A stretch of DNA of 64,000 nt from Candidatus Peribacteria bacterium. GTDB lineage: Bacteria > Patescibacteriota > Gracilibacteria > UBA1369 > LOWO2-01-FULL-3. Positions 10,420 through 19,194 of the stretch are shown piece by piece. The translations under genes and the position numbers were made by a program. The notes under the pieces were generated by a model. That model was not told the origin of the DNA. It searched no databases and saw nothing but the letters and a program-made list of their open reading frames with translations. Each line of letters opens with the position of its first letter. Position 1 is the stretch's first letter. The stretch is taken from NCBI GenBank assembly GCA_943356465.1, contig CALREX010000004.1, positions 112,448-176,447 on the forward strand. Direction: 5' to 3'.

Positions 10420-12154
10420 GAGTTGTAAGTTCCAAGAATTCTTTAAGAGTCATAGCTTCCTGTTTTTTTGTAGCATAATCTCTGACTGTCAAATTTTTTG
10501 CCTCAACCTCTTTTTCACCGACTACAATCATATAAGGAACTTTGCTCATTTCCGCATTTCTGATTTTTTTGCCAAGAGTTTCATTTGAGTCATCAACTTC
10601 ACATCGAAGCCCAGCATCAAAAAACTTTTTGTTCACTTCGTTTGCATAGTCATTGAATTTTTCCGAAACCGGCAGAAGAACTACTTGCACAGGCGCAAGC
10701 CACGCAGGGAAAGCTCCAGCATAATGCTCTGTAAGTATCGCAATAAATCTTTCAAGAGAGCCAAGAAGTGCACGATGTACTACTACAGGAGTATGAGATT
10801 TTCCGTCACTTCCTTCAAATTCCAATTGAAATCTCAGAGGCATTTGGAAATCAACCTGCACAGTTGCACATTGCCATTCACGTTTCAAGGAATCCTTGAT
10901 TCTGAAATCAATTTTTGGTCCATAAAAAGCACCATCACCGGCATTTATAGTGAAAGGGATTTTTGCCTTATTCAAAGCCTTTTCCAAAGCTTTTTCCGCA
11001 CTTGCCCATTGTTCTTCTGTTCCCATGGATTTTTCAGGCCTCGTTGAAAGACAAACTTCATAAGTAAAATCAAAAATATCTTCATAAATATATTTCGCAA
11101 AATCTATACAATTCAAAATCTCTTCTTCAAGCTGTTCATGCGCAACAAATATATGAGAATCATCCATGCAGAATTTTCTTACTCTAGTCATTCCACCCAA
11201 AGCTCCACGCACCTCATTCCTGTGCAGCATCGCAAAATCCGCTATTCTAAGAGGTAAATCACGATAACTCTTCATGTCCATTTTATAAATCAACATATGA
11301 GAAGGACAGTTCATAGGCTTTAGCGAAGCCTCTTTATCATCCATATTTACCTGAAACATATTCTCTTTATAGTGCTCCCAATGCCCGCTTTGTTCCCATA
11401 AAGCCTTATCATAAACAAGCGGAGTCACAACTTCTTTATAATTTCTCTTTCTATACTCGCTTCTCAAAAATGTCAAAAGCTCATTGAAAATAATAGTTCC
11501 TTTTGGAAGGAAGAAAACAGACCCTGGAGAAATATCGTGGAACTGAAAAAGTCCAAGTGCAGTTCCAAGCCTTCTATGGTCACGCTTTTTGGCTTCCTCA
11601 AGCTGTTTTAAGTGTTCGTCCAATTCTTCTTTTGTATTCCATGCTGTTCCATAAATTCTCTGAAGCATCGGATTTTTCTCATCACCTTTCCAATAAGCTC
11701 CTGCAATTTTCATCAGTTTCACAGCCCCGATTTCACCTGTACGATCAAGATGATGCCCGCGACACAAATCCACGAACATCACTTTACCGTCATTAGGCAT
11801 CACATTTTCATAAAAAGAAATTGTCTCGCCTGTTTCCTTCAGTCCTTCGACAAGCTCAATCTTGTATTTTTGGCCTGTAGCCTGTAAAAATTCGATAGCT
11901 TTATCGGCAGGCTCCTCTCTTCTGACAAATTTTTGATCCTGCTTAATAATATTTTTCATATCTTTTTCAAGAATAACAAGATCTTCCGGAATCAGAGTTC
12001 TTGGCAAATCAAAATCATAATAAAAACCATTTTCAATAGTAGGTCCTATTGCAAGTTTGGCATCAGGAAACATTCGCAGTACAGCTTGAGCCAAAACATG
12101 CGCGCACGAATGTCTCATAGCCTCGATGTCGACTTTTTTCTCAATTTTAGACAT
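10403..12154 (-). CDS. thrS: threonyl-tRNA synthetase (short form lacking N-terminal TGS domain)
   Basis: HSCAHVLAQAV editing-domain motif near the N-terminus, class II core motifs (HRRLG, FHDISPG, RVRKFCMDDSHIF), and a C-terminal anticodon-binding domain. 583 aa. The 3' end overlaps the convergent upstream gene by 17 nt. Confidence 0.95.
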   Translation of the reverse strand: MSKIEKKVDIEAMRHSCAHVLAQAVLRMFPDAKLAIGPTIENGFYYDFDLPRTLIPEDLVILEKDMKNIIKQDQKFVRREEPADKAIEFLQATGQKYKIELVEGLKETGETISFYENVMPNDGKVMFVDLCRGHHLDRTGEIGAVKLMKIAGAYWKGDEKNPMLQRIYGTAWNTKEELDEHLKQLEEAKKRDHRRLGTALGLFQFHDISPGSVFFLPKGTIIFNELLTFLRSEYRKRNYKEVVTPLVYDKALWEQSGHWEHYKENMFQVNMDDKEASLKPMNCPSHMLIYKMDMKSYRDLPLRIADFAMLHRNEVRGALGGMTRVRKFCMDDSHIFVAHEQLEEEILNCIDFAKYIYEDIFDFTYEVCLSTRPEKSMGTEEQWASAEKALEKALNKAKIPFTINAGDGAFYGPKIDFRIKDSLKREWQCATVQVDFQMPLRFQLEFEGSDGKSHTPVVVHRALLGSLERFIAILTEHYAGAFPAWLAPVQVVLLPVSEKFNDYANEVNKKFFDAGLRCEVDDSNETLGKKIRNAEMSKVPYMIVVGEKEVEAKNLTVRDYATKKQEAMTLKEFLELTTLKKPY

Positions 12155-12195
12155 AATACAACGTGTTTAGAAATTAACGCTGGTGGAAATATAGA

Positions 12196-13302
12196 ATGAA
12201 AATCACAAAACTTCAATTTGAAAATTTCAGAAACTACGAAAACTATTCGTATGTTTTTCCGACAGACAAAAATTTGATAGTGCTTACAGGAGAAAACGGA
12301 AAAGGAAAAACAAATTTCTTGGAAGGCATTTATATGCTTTCTTTAGGCCGTTCTTTCAGAAACTCAAAACTCGAAAGTTTGGTAAAATGGTCGGCGGAAT
12401 ACCTTAGATGTACAGGTGAAATAGAAGATGACGAAAACGAAAATCATACACTTGAGGTTTTCTATTCATCATCGCCAAAAAGAAAAAATCTCAAAAAAAA
12501 CGATGTGAATTTGAAAAACAGCGATTACATCGGTACTTTCACGACAGTTCTTTTCCATCCGGAAGACCTGAATATGCTTTACCTAAGCCCTTCTTTGAGG
12601 CGAAAATACATGGATATAATCCTTTCTCAAAGTGATAAAAGATATCTTTATGCACTTATGCAATATAGAAAGCTAATCAAACAAAGAGGTTCACTGCTAA
12701 AAGAAATTCACGCAGTACAAAAAGGTAGGACAAGCGGTGACGAAAAATCTCTAATGTCCGCACTGGATGCGTGGGACAAGCAACTTTCTGAGTACGGCTC
12801 AGAAATAATAATAAAAAGACTAAAATTCATAGAATTTCTAAACGACAAAGCAACAGAAATTTACCGAGAAATCTCAAAAGGAGATGAAGCTGTGGAAGTG
12901 AAATATATGAGTCGTATAAAAGAAATAGACATGTACGAAAGCATGCTTTTAGATCGTAGATATCAGGATATAAGAGATGAAAAAACATCTATAGGACCGC
13001 ATGTAGATGACATAAAATTCTTGATAAACGGCATAGATTTAGTGGAATTTGCATCAAGGGGAGAGTTTAGAACGCTACTTTTAGCGGTAAAAATATCAGA
13101 GATCGAATACCTGCGACAAAAAACGAAAAAACACCCTGTGCTTCTTCTGGATGACGTATTTTCAGAGCTTGATTTTGGCAGACAAACACACCTTCTAAAC
13201 GCTATATCCGGTTGTCAGGCAATTATCACTACAACAGACGCGGAAAAACTGGAGAAACTAGCCAAAAATAAGGCGGATATTGAGTTTGTAGAAATGGCTT
13301 AG
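12196..13302 (+). CDS. recF: DNA replication and repair protein RecF
   Basis: N-terminus MKITKLQFENFRNY, Walker A GENGKGKTNFLE, and C-terminal LLLDDVFSELD signature/Walker B. 368 aa. Confidence 0.9.
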   Translation: MKITKLQFENFRNYENYSYVFPTDKNLIVLTGENGKGKTNFLEGIYMLSLGRSFRNSKLESLVKWSAEYLRCTGEIEDDENENHTLEVFYSSSPKRKNLKKNDVNLKNSDYIGTFTTVLFHPEDLNMLYLSPSLRRKYMDIILSQSDKRYLYALMQYRKLIKQRGSLLKEIHAVQKGRTSGDEKSLMSALDAWDKQLSEYGSEIIIKRLKFIEFLNDKATEIYREISKGDEAVEVKYMSRIKEIDMYESMLLDRRYQDIRDEKTSIGPHVDDIKFLINGIDLVEFASRGEFRTLLLAVKISEIEYLRQKTKKHPVLLLDDVFSELDFGRQTHLLNAISGCQAIITTTDAEKLEKLAKNKADIEFVEMA

Positions 13303-13314
13303 ATATGCTATAAT
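13286..13314 (+). promoter_or_regulatory. candidate sigma70-type promoter for the PrsW-like gene
   Basis: TTGTAG (13286-13291), a 17-bp spacer, then extended -10 TGcTATAAT (13306-13314). It lies 26 nt upstream of the TTG start. Confidence 0.4.
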
Positions 13315-13339
13315 ATACAGATCAAATAAAAACAAAAAT

Positions 13340-14200
13340 TTGTCTTCAAACTCACTGCAAATCATAGGATCAGTTCTTCTGGCTCTTGTACCGGCCATTT
13401 TATGGGGATTTATATTCTTCAGGAAATCGCCTGAAAGAAAATCTTTGACGTTTATAACGTTTTTCGCCGGAGCTTTGGCAGTTTTTCCAATATTGATTTA
13501 CAAGTTTTTATGGCAATTTTTCCCATGGCTGAATGCATTCAAATTTGCAGAAGCCTACAGGCAAGACTTCATAGGCTTTTCAAATCTTATAATCCTGCCT
13601 TTAAGCGCAATCATCACTTTCATGATAGTTGGTGTGATAGAAGAAATTATGAAATTTGTATCAGTCAAAATCGTAGATGACAATGAATTTACAGACATAG
13701 ATGACAGTGTTGAATTTTTTATCATCGCCGCACTTGGATTTTCATTCGTTGAAAACATACTTTATTTTTATAGTATCTGGCTTAATCAAGGACTTAATCA
13801 CTTGCTTATGCCATTTTTATTCAGATCTTCATTTTCCACTCTCGCACATCTGATCTTCTCAGGAATTTTGGGTTACTACTACGGAATAGCTCACTTCGCG
13901 ACACCTATTCTTCAGGAAGAAATAAAAGAAAACAGATCACATTGGACAAAGTGGTTGCATAACCTACTAAGCATACGTAAAGAAAAATTATTTTATGAAG
14001 AACACATCTTCGAAGGACTTCTGATTTCAATAGGGCTTCACGCCATTTTCAACATCTTCCTGGAAATGAATCTGACATTCCTCATAGTCCCATTTTTACT
14101 TGGCGGCTACATCACGCTAAACTATCTCTTCAAGAAAAAAGAAAACCACAAAAAATACGGCAAACTTATTGAGAACGAAAGAAATGCCCCAAAAGCTTGA
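13340..14200 (+). CDS. PrsW-family intramembrane metalloprotease
   Basis: Multi-TM protein with the EExxK motif (VIEEIMKF), FSFVENILY, and His motifs ([18 protein letters not shown]) typical of PrsW/CAAX-like proteases. TTG start; there is no nearby in-frame ATG. Confidence 0.7.
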   Translation: MSSNSLQIIGSVLLALVPAILWGFIFFRKSPERKSLTFITFFAGALAVFPILIYKFLWQFFPWLNAFKFAEAYRQDFIGFSNLIILPLSAIITFMIVGVIEEIMKFVSVKIVDDNEFTDIDDSVEFFIIAALGFSFVENILYFYSIWLNQGLNHLLMPFLFRSSFSTLAHLIFSGILGYYYGIAHFATPILQEEIKENRSHWTKWLHNLLSIRKEKLFYEEHIFEGLLISIGLHAIFNIFLEMNLTFLIVPFLLGGYITLNYLFKKKENHKKYGKLIENERNAPKA

Positions 14201-14253
14201 ACATTCCAAAAAAGCGTGTTAGAATTCTCGCTTGTGTAAATCAAAATAATTTC

Positions 14254-17166
14254 ATGCAGCGAGATAAGATCATAGTTAAGGGTGCAAAATTGCACAATTT
14301 AAAGAATATTGATGTGGAAATTCCACGCGATAAATTCACTGTGATCACAGGGCTTTCAGGCTCAGGTAAGTCATCTTTGGCGTTCGATACAATCTATGCT
14401 GAAGGACAAAGAAGATACGTGGAAAGTCTTTCAACATATGCCAGAAATTTCTTGCAATTGATGGAAAAACCGGATGTCGAATCTATAGAAGGACTTTCTC
14501 CTGCAATTTCAATCGATCAAAAAAGTGCACCAAGAAATCCAAGGTCAACTGTAGGGACAGTGACAGAAATTTATGATTTTTTAAGACTTCTTTTCGCAAA
14601 AATAGGAACACCACACTGTCCGATTTGCGGAAAGCCGATCGAAAGACAAACTCCTCAGCAAATTATGGAGGAAGTTATTTCAATGCCTGAAGATACAAAA
14701 ATACTCATACTTGCCCCGGTTATTCGGGACAGAAAAGGTCAACATACAAAAGCCCTTGATAAAGCCAAAAAAGAAGGATTTGTGAGAGTAAGAATTGATG
14801 GAGAAGTTTATTCTATTTTGGAAGTTCCAGAAATGGATGAGAACAAAAAACATAATATTGAAATAGTTGTAGATAGGCTTGTTGTCAAAGACATGAAGAA
14901 AAAAGTACAAAAACTTTCATCAGGGCAGGAGATAGATATGCCAAATCCAAATAGAACACGTTTATCTGACTCAATAGAAACAGCACTAAAAAATGGGGAA
15001 GGGCTTGTAATAGTGCTAAATAACGATACAGGAGAAGAAAAAGTGTATTCAGAACACTTTGCGTGTCCGACTTGTCACATAAATGTTCCTGAAATATCTC
15101 CAAGAAGCTTTTCGTTTAACAGCCCGCACGGAGCATGTGAAGAATGTCACGGACTTGGAACAAAGCTTGAAATAGATCCACAACTTCTTATTCCAAACAG
15201 AAAACTGACATTGGCGGAAGGAGCGATAATGCCTTGGTCTGCAACAACTTCACATTTGACATGGTACAACAAAATTCTTGAAAAAGTGGCTAAGGCAAAC
15301 GGATTTTCTATGAACAGCCCAATCGAGGAATTATCAAAAAAGGCAATGGAAATAGTCTTATACGGAGACAAAGATAAAAAATATACGGTAACTATAGGTC
15401 ATGTAGACGACGAAGATGAAGAGGAGGGGCATACATCAGGCAAATTCAAAGGAGAATATGAAACATCATTCGAAGGAGTTATTCCAAGCCTGGAGAGAAG
15501 ATTTATGGAAACAGAGTCTGAATACGTTAGGAAAAAAATAGAAGAATACATGAGAGTACTTCAGTGTCCTTCATGTAAAGGAAAAAGATTAAAACCTGAA
15601 ATACTTGCTGTGAAAATAAATGAATCTTCAATCATAGATATCACAGAATTTTCTGTAAAAAAAGCCATAAATTTCTTTGGTACACTATCTTTGAGTTCCA
15701 TGAAACAAGAAATAGCGAGACAGATTTTTCAGGAAATAAACAACAGACTTTATTTTTTGGAAAACGTTGGTTTGGCATACCTTACATTGGATAGAGCAGC
15801 AAATACGCTTTCAGGAGGTGAAGCGCAGAGAATACGACTTGCTACACAGATAGGATCGAAGCTCTCAGGCGTTATCTATGTACTTGATGAACCGAGTATC
15901 GGTTTACATCAAAACGACAACGATAAGCTCATAAAAACACTCATCTCGCTTAAAGAATTGGGAAACACAGTAATTGTCGTGGAACATGACATAGATACAA
16001 TGTTAGCGTCGGATTATATCCTTGATATAGGTCCAGGAGCTGGAAAACACGGAGGAAATGTAGTGGCACAGGGAACTCCTGAGGAAATAATGAAAAATCC
16101 AAATTCTCTTACAGGTAAATATCTCTCAGGAAAGGCAAAAATAGATATTCCTACTTCAAGAAGAAAAGGAAATGGAAAATCATTGGTATTGGTTGGAGCG
16201 ACAGAACATAATCTAAAAAACGTAACTGCAAAATTTCCACTTGGAACATTTATAGGGGTTACAGGTGTTTCCGGATCAGGAAAATCCACCCTCATAAATG
16301 ATATTCTTGTTCGTGCAGTCGCAAAAAGTCTATATGGATCAAAGGCGATGCCTGGAGCACATAAGGAAGTAAAAGGTCTGGAGCACTTGGACAAAATAAT
16401 AAACATAGATCAATCCCCGATAGGGCGTACGCCAAGATCAAATCCAGCAACTTATACAGGAGTCTTCACCGATATAAGAGACTTATTTGCACAAACACCG
16501 GAAGCAAAGCTTAGAGGATACAAATCAGGTCGTTTTAGCTTCAATGTTAAAGGTGGAAGATGCGAAGCATGTAGTGGAGATGGCATAAAGAGAATAGAAA
16601 TGCATTTTTTGCCGGATGTTTATGTGCCATGCGAGACATGTAAGGGGAAGAGATACAATGAAGAAGCTCTCGAAGTAAGATACAGAGGGAAAAACATATA
16701 TGAAGTGCTTGAAATGACTGCAGAAGAAGCACTGGAATTTTTCAATGCAATTCCATCTATAAAATCGAAGCTAAAAACACTATGCGAGGTTGGATTAAGC
16801 TATATTCACCTTGGCCAATCAGCCACAACGTTATCTGGAGGTGAAGCTCAGCGTATAAAATTAGCAACAGAGCTTTCAAAGCGCTCAACAGGGAAAACAA
16901 TCTATATACTTGATGAACCTACAACCGGTTTACATTTTGATGACGTAAGAAAGCTTCTAAATGTACTACAAAAGCTTGTGGAGAAAGAAAACACAGTTAT
17001 AGTAATAGAGCACAACCTGGATGTGATAAAATCAGTGGATTACATCATAGATATGGGGCCGGATGGAGGTGAAAATGGTGGAGAAATAGTTGCAGATGGT
17101 ACTCCTGAAGAAATTATAAAAGCAAAAAACTCCTACACAGGTATGTGGTTAAAGAAAATTATGTAG
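14254..17166 (+). CDS. uvrA: excinuclease ABC subunit A
   Basis: Canonical UvrA N-terminus from ATG 14254 ([24 protein letters not shown]), two ABC modules ([18 protein letters not shown], two LSGGEAQR signatures), and zinc-finger Cys pairs. The track ORF begins at TTG 14197, but those 19 extra residues are not UvrA-like. Confidence 0.95.
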   Translation: MQRDKIIVKGAKLHNLKNIDVEIPRDKFTVITGLSGSGKSSLAFDTIYAEGQRRYVESLSTYARNFLQLMEKPDVESIEGLSPAISIDQKSAPRNPRSTVGTVTEIYDFLRLLFAKIGTPHCPICGKPIERQTPQQIMEEVISMPEDTKILILAPVIRDRKGQHTKALDKAKKEGFVRVRIDGEVYSILEVPEMDENKKHNIEIVVDRLVVKDMKKKVQKLSSGQEIDMPNPNRTRLSDSIETALKNGEGLVIVLNNDTGEEKVYSEHFACPTCHINVPEISPRSFSFNSPHGACEECHGLGTKLEIDPQLLIPNRKLTLAEGAIMPWSATTSHLTWYNKILEKVAKANGFSMNSPIEELSKKAMEIVLYGDKDKKYTVTIGHVDDEDEEEGHTSGKFKGEYETSFEGVIPSLERRFMETESEYVRKKIEEYMRVLQCPSCKGKRLKPEILAVKINESSIIDITEFSVKKAINFFGTLSLSSMKQEIARQIFQEINNRLYFLENVGLAYLTLDRAANTLSGGEAQRIRLATQIGSKLSGVIYVLDEPSIGLHQNDNDKLIKTLISLKELGNTVIVVEHDIDTMLASDYILDIGPGAGKHGGNVVAQGTPEEIMKNPNSLTGKYLSGKAKIDIPTSRRKGNGKSLVLVGATEHNLKNVTAKFPLGTFIGVTGVSGSGKSTLINDILVRAVAKSLYGSKAMPGAHKEVKGLEHLDKIINIDQSPIGRTPRSNPATYTGVFTDIRDLFAQTPEAKLRGYKSGRFSFNVKGGRCEACSGDGIKRIEMHFLPDVYVPCETCKGKRYNEEALEVRYRGKNIYEVLEMTAEEALEFFNAIPSIKSKLKTLCEVGLSYIHLGQSATTLSGGEAQRIKLATELSKRSTGKTIYILDEPTTGLHFDDVRKLLNVLQKLVEKENTVIVIEHNLDVIKSVDYIIDMGPDGGENGGEIVADGTPEEIIKAKNSYTGMWLKKIM

Positions 17167-17188
17167 TATTTTTTAAATTTGGAAATAG

Positions 17189-17228
17189 TTTAATAAACTT
17201 TAATAGAATTTAATTAAATTTATTAAAA
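17189..17228. repeat. array A of four phased 10-bp units TTTAATnnAn
   Basis: tttaataaac tttaatagaa tttaattaaa tttattaaaa. 35 of 40 positions are identical to array B, which lies 246 bp downstream. Confidence 0.7.
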
Positions 17229-17242
17229 TTGACTAATCTTCG

Positions 17243-17272
17243 TTGAGTTAAGCTGTCTTTTTTGGTTATAAT
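17243..17272 (+). promoter_or_regulatory. candidate promoter P1 just downstream of decamer array A
   Basis: TTGAGT (17243-17248), an 18-bp spacer, then TATAAT (17267-17272). It would give a ~200-nt leader or a separate short transcript. Confidence 0.3.
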
Positions 17273-17406
17273 AAAATGGATGTATGTAAATAGAATTGGG
17301 TAAAATTTAATCAAATTAAGGAAAATTAAAAAAAGTATTGAAAAATTAAAAGTAGTATGTTAAATTTGGGTCGCCCTAGAAAAGTTGCTTAAAAACAAGG
17401 AGGATA

Positions 17407-17435
17407 TTGTAAAGTCTGGTAGGAAATGATATAAT
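17407..17435 (+). promoter_or_regulatory. candidate promoter P2 for the excisionase-family HTH gene
   Basis: TTGTAA (17407-17412), a 17-bp spacer, then extended -10 TGaTATAAT (17427-17435). The predicted start site falls inside decamer array B. Confidence 0.4.
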
Positions 17436-17474
17436 TTAATAAACTTTAATAAAATTTAATAAAGTTCATTAAAT
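17435..17474. repeat. array B of four phased 10-bp units TTTAATnnAn
   Basis: tttaataaac tttaataaaa tttaataaag ttcattaaat. It lies directly between the -10 element and the HTH gene start at 17483. Confidence 0.7.
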
Positions 17475-17482
17475 TAACAACA

Positions 17483-17737
17483 ATGGAAGAGAAATTTCTT
17501 ACAACAGATCAGGTAGCACAAATCCTCCAAGTACATCCCTTCACAATATTAAAATTCCTGAAGGAAGGAAAACTGAATGGAATGAAATTGGGAAGAGTAT
17601 ATAGAATCAAGCAAAGCGATGTGGAAGCATTTATTGAAGAAAGGATGACAAATAAGCCAAGAAAAGAGAAAAAAGAAATTATTAGAGAAGATATGGGGAT
17701 TCAAGAGACGAAGGATGGGCACTATTTCATAATCTAA
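17483..17737 (+). CDS. excisionase-family (MerR-superfamily) helix-turn-helix DNA-binding protein
   Basis: LTTDQVAQILQVHPFTILKFLKEGKLNGMKLGRVYRIKQSDVEAFIEE matches the excisionase-family HTH layout. 84 aa with a basic/acidic tail. Confidence 0.7.
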   Translation: MEEKFLTTDQVAQILQVHPFTILKFLKEGKLNGMKLGRVYRIKQSDVEAFIEERMTNKPRKEKKEIIREDMGIQETKDGHYFII

Positions 17738-17748
17738 AGCCTTATAAA

Positions 17749-17922
17749 ATGATCATAAACTGTTTATCTTGTGGGAAATCAATATCAAGCCATGCAACAG
17801 CATGCCAATATTGTTCCTGCGATATTACAGAAGTGACACTACAAATGAATGGAATAAGAGAAACGGAAGGAATGAAGGACAAAGTGATGAATTTGATGTT
17901 TGGATTTGGAACTAACAAATAA
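17749..17922 (+). CDS. small zinc-ribbon protein (57 aa), absent from the supplied ORF track
   Basis: ATG 17749 to TAA 17920-17922, 11 nt after the HTH gene stop. CLSC(5-8) and CQYCSC(19-24) form a two-knuckle zinc-ribbon pattern. Followed by hairpins. Confidence 0.4.
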   Translation: MIINCLSCGKSISSHATACQYCSCDITEVTLQMNGIRETEGMKDKVMNLMFGFGTNK

Positions 17923-17997
17923 AATTATAGTTATCTAAAAATCTTCAATACCCTTTAGTTCGTTGCCCGCGAACTAAACAAAACCTAGAAAAGCCCC

Positions 17998-18030
17998 AAA
18001 AACCCTTTAGAATATAGAGGGTTTTTGTTT
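17998..18030. terminator. bidirectional intrinsic terminator between convergent units
   Basis: AAAAACCCT / AGGGTTTTT 9-bp stem with an 11-nt loop. The A-run sits on one side and the T-run on the other, so it can serve both strands. A second hairpin TTTAGTTCG/CGAACTAAA at 17954-17978 lacks a U-run. Confidence 0.6.
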
Positions 18031-18042
18031 ATAAGTTCATCT

Positions 18043-19194
18043 TTATTCATTTGCAGGACATTGCTTGCTGTTTACCAATTTTGTGCAGCCAAGAAGGTTT
18101 TCTAGTGGGGCAAGAGTCTCTATAAGAGTTTTATTTAGATTAGAAAGACTTTGTACAAATATGCCTACGCTGCTATCGCTAACTTCCTTATATTTTACAT
18201 AAAAATTTGAAGACATCTCTTCTCGTAGTTGAACACTGTCATAAGCTTTATCGGTCTGTTCTATAGCATTTGTAGCTTGTTCAGGAGTTACACCGCCACC
18301 GCCTTTTGGTGCGGATTTAGCAAGCCTATCTATTATTCTTGTAGCACCTTCTTTTGGAGGTAGATTGTTTATATTCAGAGCAACAATTCCGGAAAGATAT
18401 TGAGATAAACTTTGATTTGTAGCAGATTCTACTATTTTTTCAGCACCTTGACCGGCAGTTTTTTCTGCAGTTTTTGCGGCAGGAGCAACACCAAATAACG
18501 TGCTTATAAATTCATCCCATTTTTTTGAAACAGCTTCCCATGATGAATTTTCACATATTATATAAGATTTTTTTCTAGTCTGATATTTAGTCTCAAATTT
18601 TGCGAACATAACATCAAAATCTTTATCGGACATTAAATCATTTGCGGTATATTTTTCTTTCATTTCGGAATAAAGCTTTTCCTTAGGATAAAACAATTCT
18701 TCGGGATTTTGGGCCATCCTTGTGCTCAAAATGTCATAAGGCAAATTTATAGCGACTTCTTTGTTTACAATATTTCTAACATAATAAAGCTCTGCTCCAA
18801 GCTCATTATAGCCTTTTTTTAAACTTGGAAGTTTCGAAGTATTACATGTAAGAAAAGCATCACGTATATAAGTTCTCATCTTATCTCTTTGGCTTATCAT
18901 TCCTGCAATATCAGAGGCCTGGCATTTGTTTCTATATAAAACATCATTCCACATTTCTACTATCCCACCAGCAATTCCATCGGCAAAAATTGAAGCTCTC
19001 AGAAAAGCTGTAAAATCCAAATTGCCTTTCGCTAAACATTTTGCAGGACCCAAATTTCCTCCTTCAGTGGGCTGTAGATCCTTTTTATCCTCTGCGTATA
19101 CATAACTGCCACTACATAGCATGTTAAGCATAAGAACGCATAATACTGCGAAATTCCTTATTGTATGTCCGGCTTTTGTCCCCATTCTTGGCAT
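18043..19194 (-). CDS. secreted hypothetical protein (383 aa), last gene of the pilus/giant-protein block
   Basis: Signal-peptide-like N-terminus (IRNFAVLCVLMLNMLCSGSYVYA). Helical, charged body. C-terminus has CTKLVNSKQCPANE. Its start overlaps the upstream gene by 37 nt. Confidence 0.7.
   Translation of the reverse strand: MPRMGTKAGHTIRNFAVLCVLMLNMLCSGSYVYAEDKKDLQPTEGGNLGPAKCLAKGNLDFTAFLRASIFADGIAGGIVEMWNDVLYRNKCQASDIAGMISQRDKMRTYIRDAFLTCNTSKLPSLKKGYNELGAELYYVRNIVNKEVAINLPYDILSTRMAQNPEELFYPKEKLYSEMKEKYTANDLMSDKDFDVMFAKFETKYQTRKKSYIICENSSWEAVSKKWDEFISTLFGVAPAAKTAEKTAGQGAEKIVESATNQSLSQYLSGIVALNINNLPPKEGATRIIDRLAKSAPKGGGGVTPEQATNAIEQTDKAYDSVQLREEMSSNFYVKYKEVSDSSVGIFVQSLSNLNKTLIETLAPLENLLGCTKLVNSKQCPANE

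Noticed and set aside
10685-12199. Plus-strand ORFs of 88-120 aa opposite thrS
   Set aside because: They are fully embedded antisense to a confidently identified aminoacyl-tRNA synthetase gene, with junk-like composition.
14197-14253. TTG-initiated N-terminal extension of uvrA, and similarly GTG 40841-40912 for miaA
   Set aside because: The extensions are not similar to the conserved N-termini of these families. Internal ATGs (14254, 40913) give canonical N-termini, and the miaA ATG follows an AAAGGA purine tract.
17229-17272. TTGACT at 17229 paired with TATAAT at 17267 as a promoter; also TTGACT 7839 with TAAAAT 7854
   Set aside because: The spacers are 32 bp and 9 bp respectively, which is incompatible with sigma70-type geometry. 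For the first, the TTGAGT-18-TATAAT combination was kept instead.
17167-17482. Direct repeats plus an excisionase-family gene as attL/attR of an integrated mobile element
   Set aside because: I found no integrase, tRNA target or phage/plasmid genes. The repeats are internally periodic AT decamers only 246 bp apart, flanking just non-coding DNA. They look like regulatory or architectural sites rather than attachment sites.
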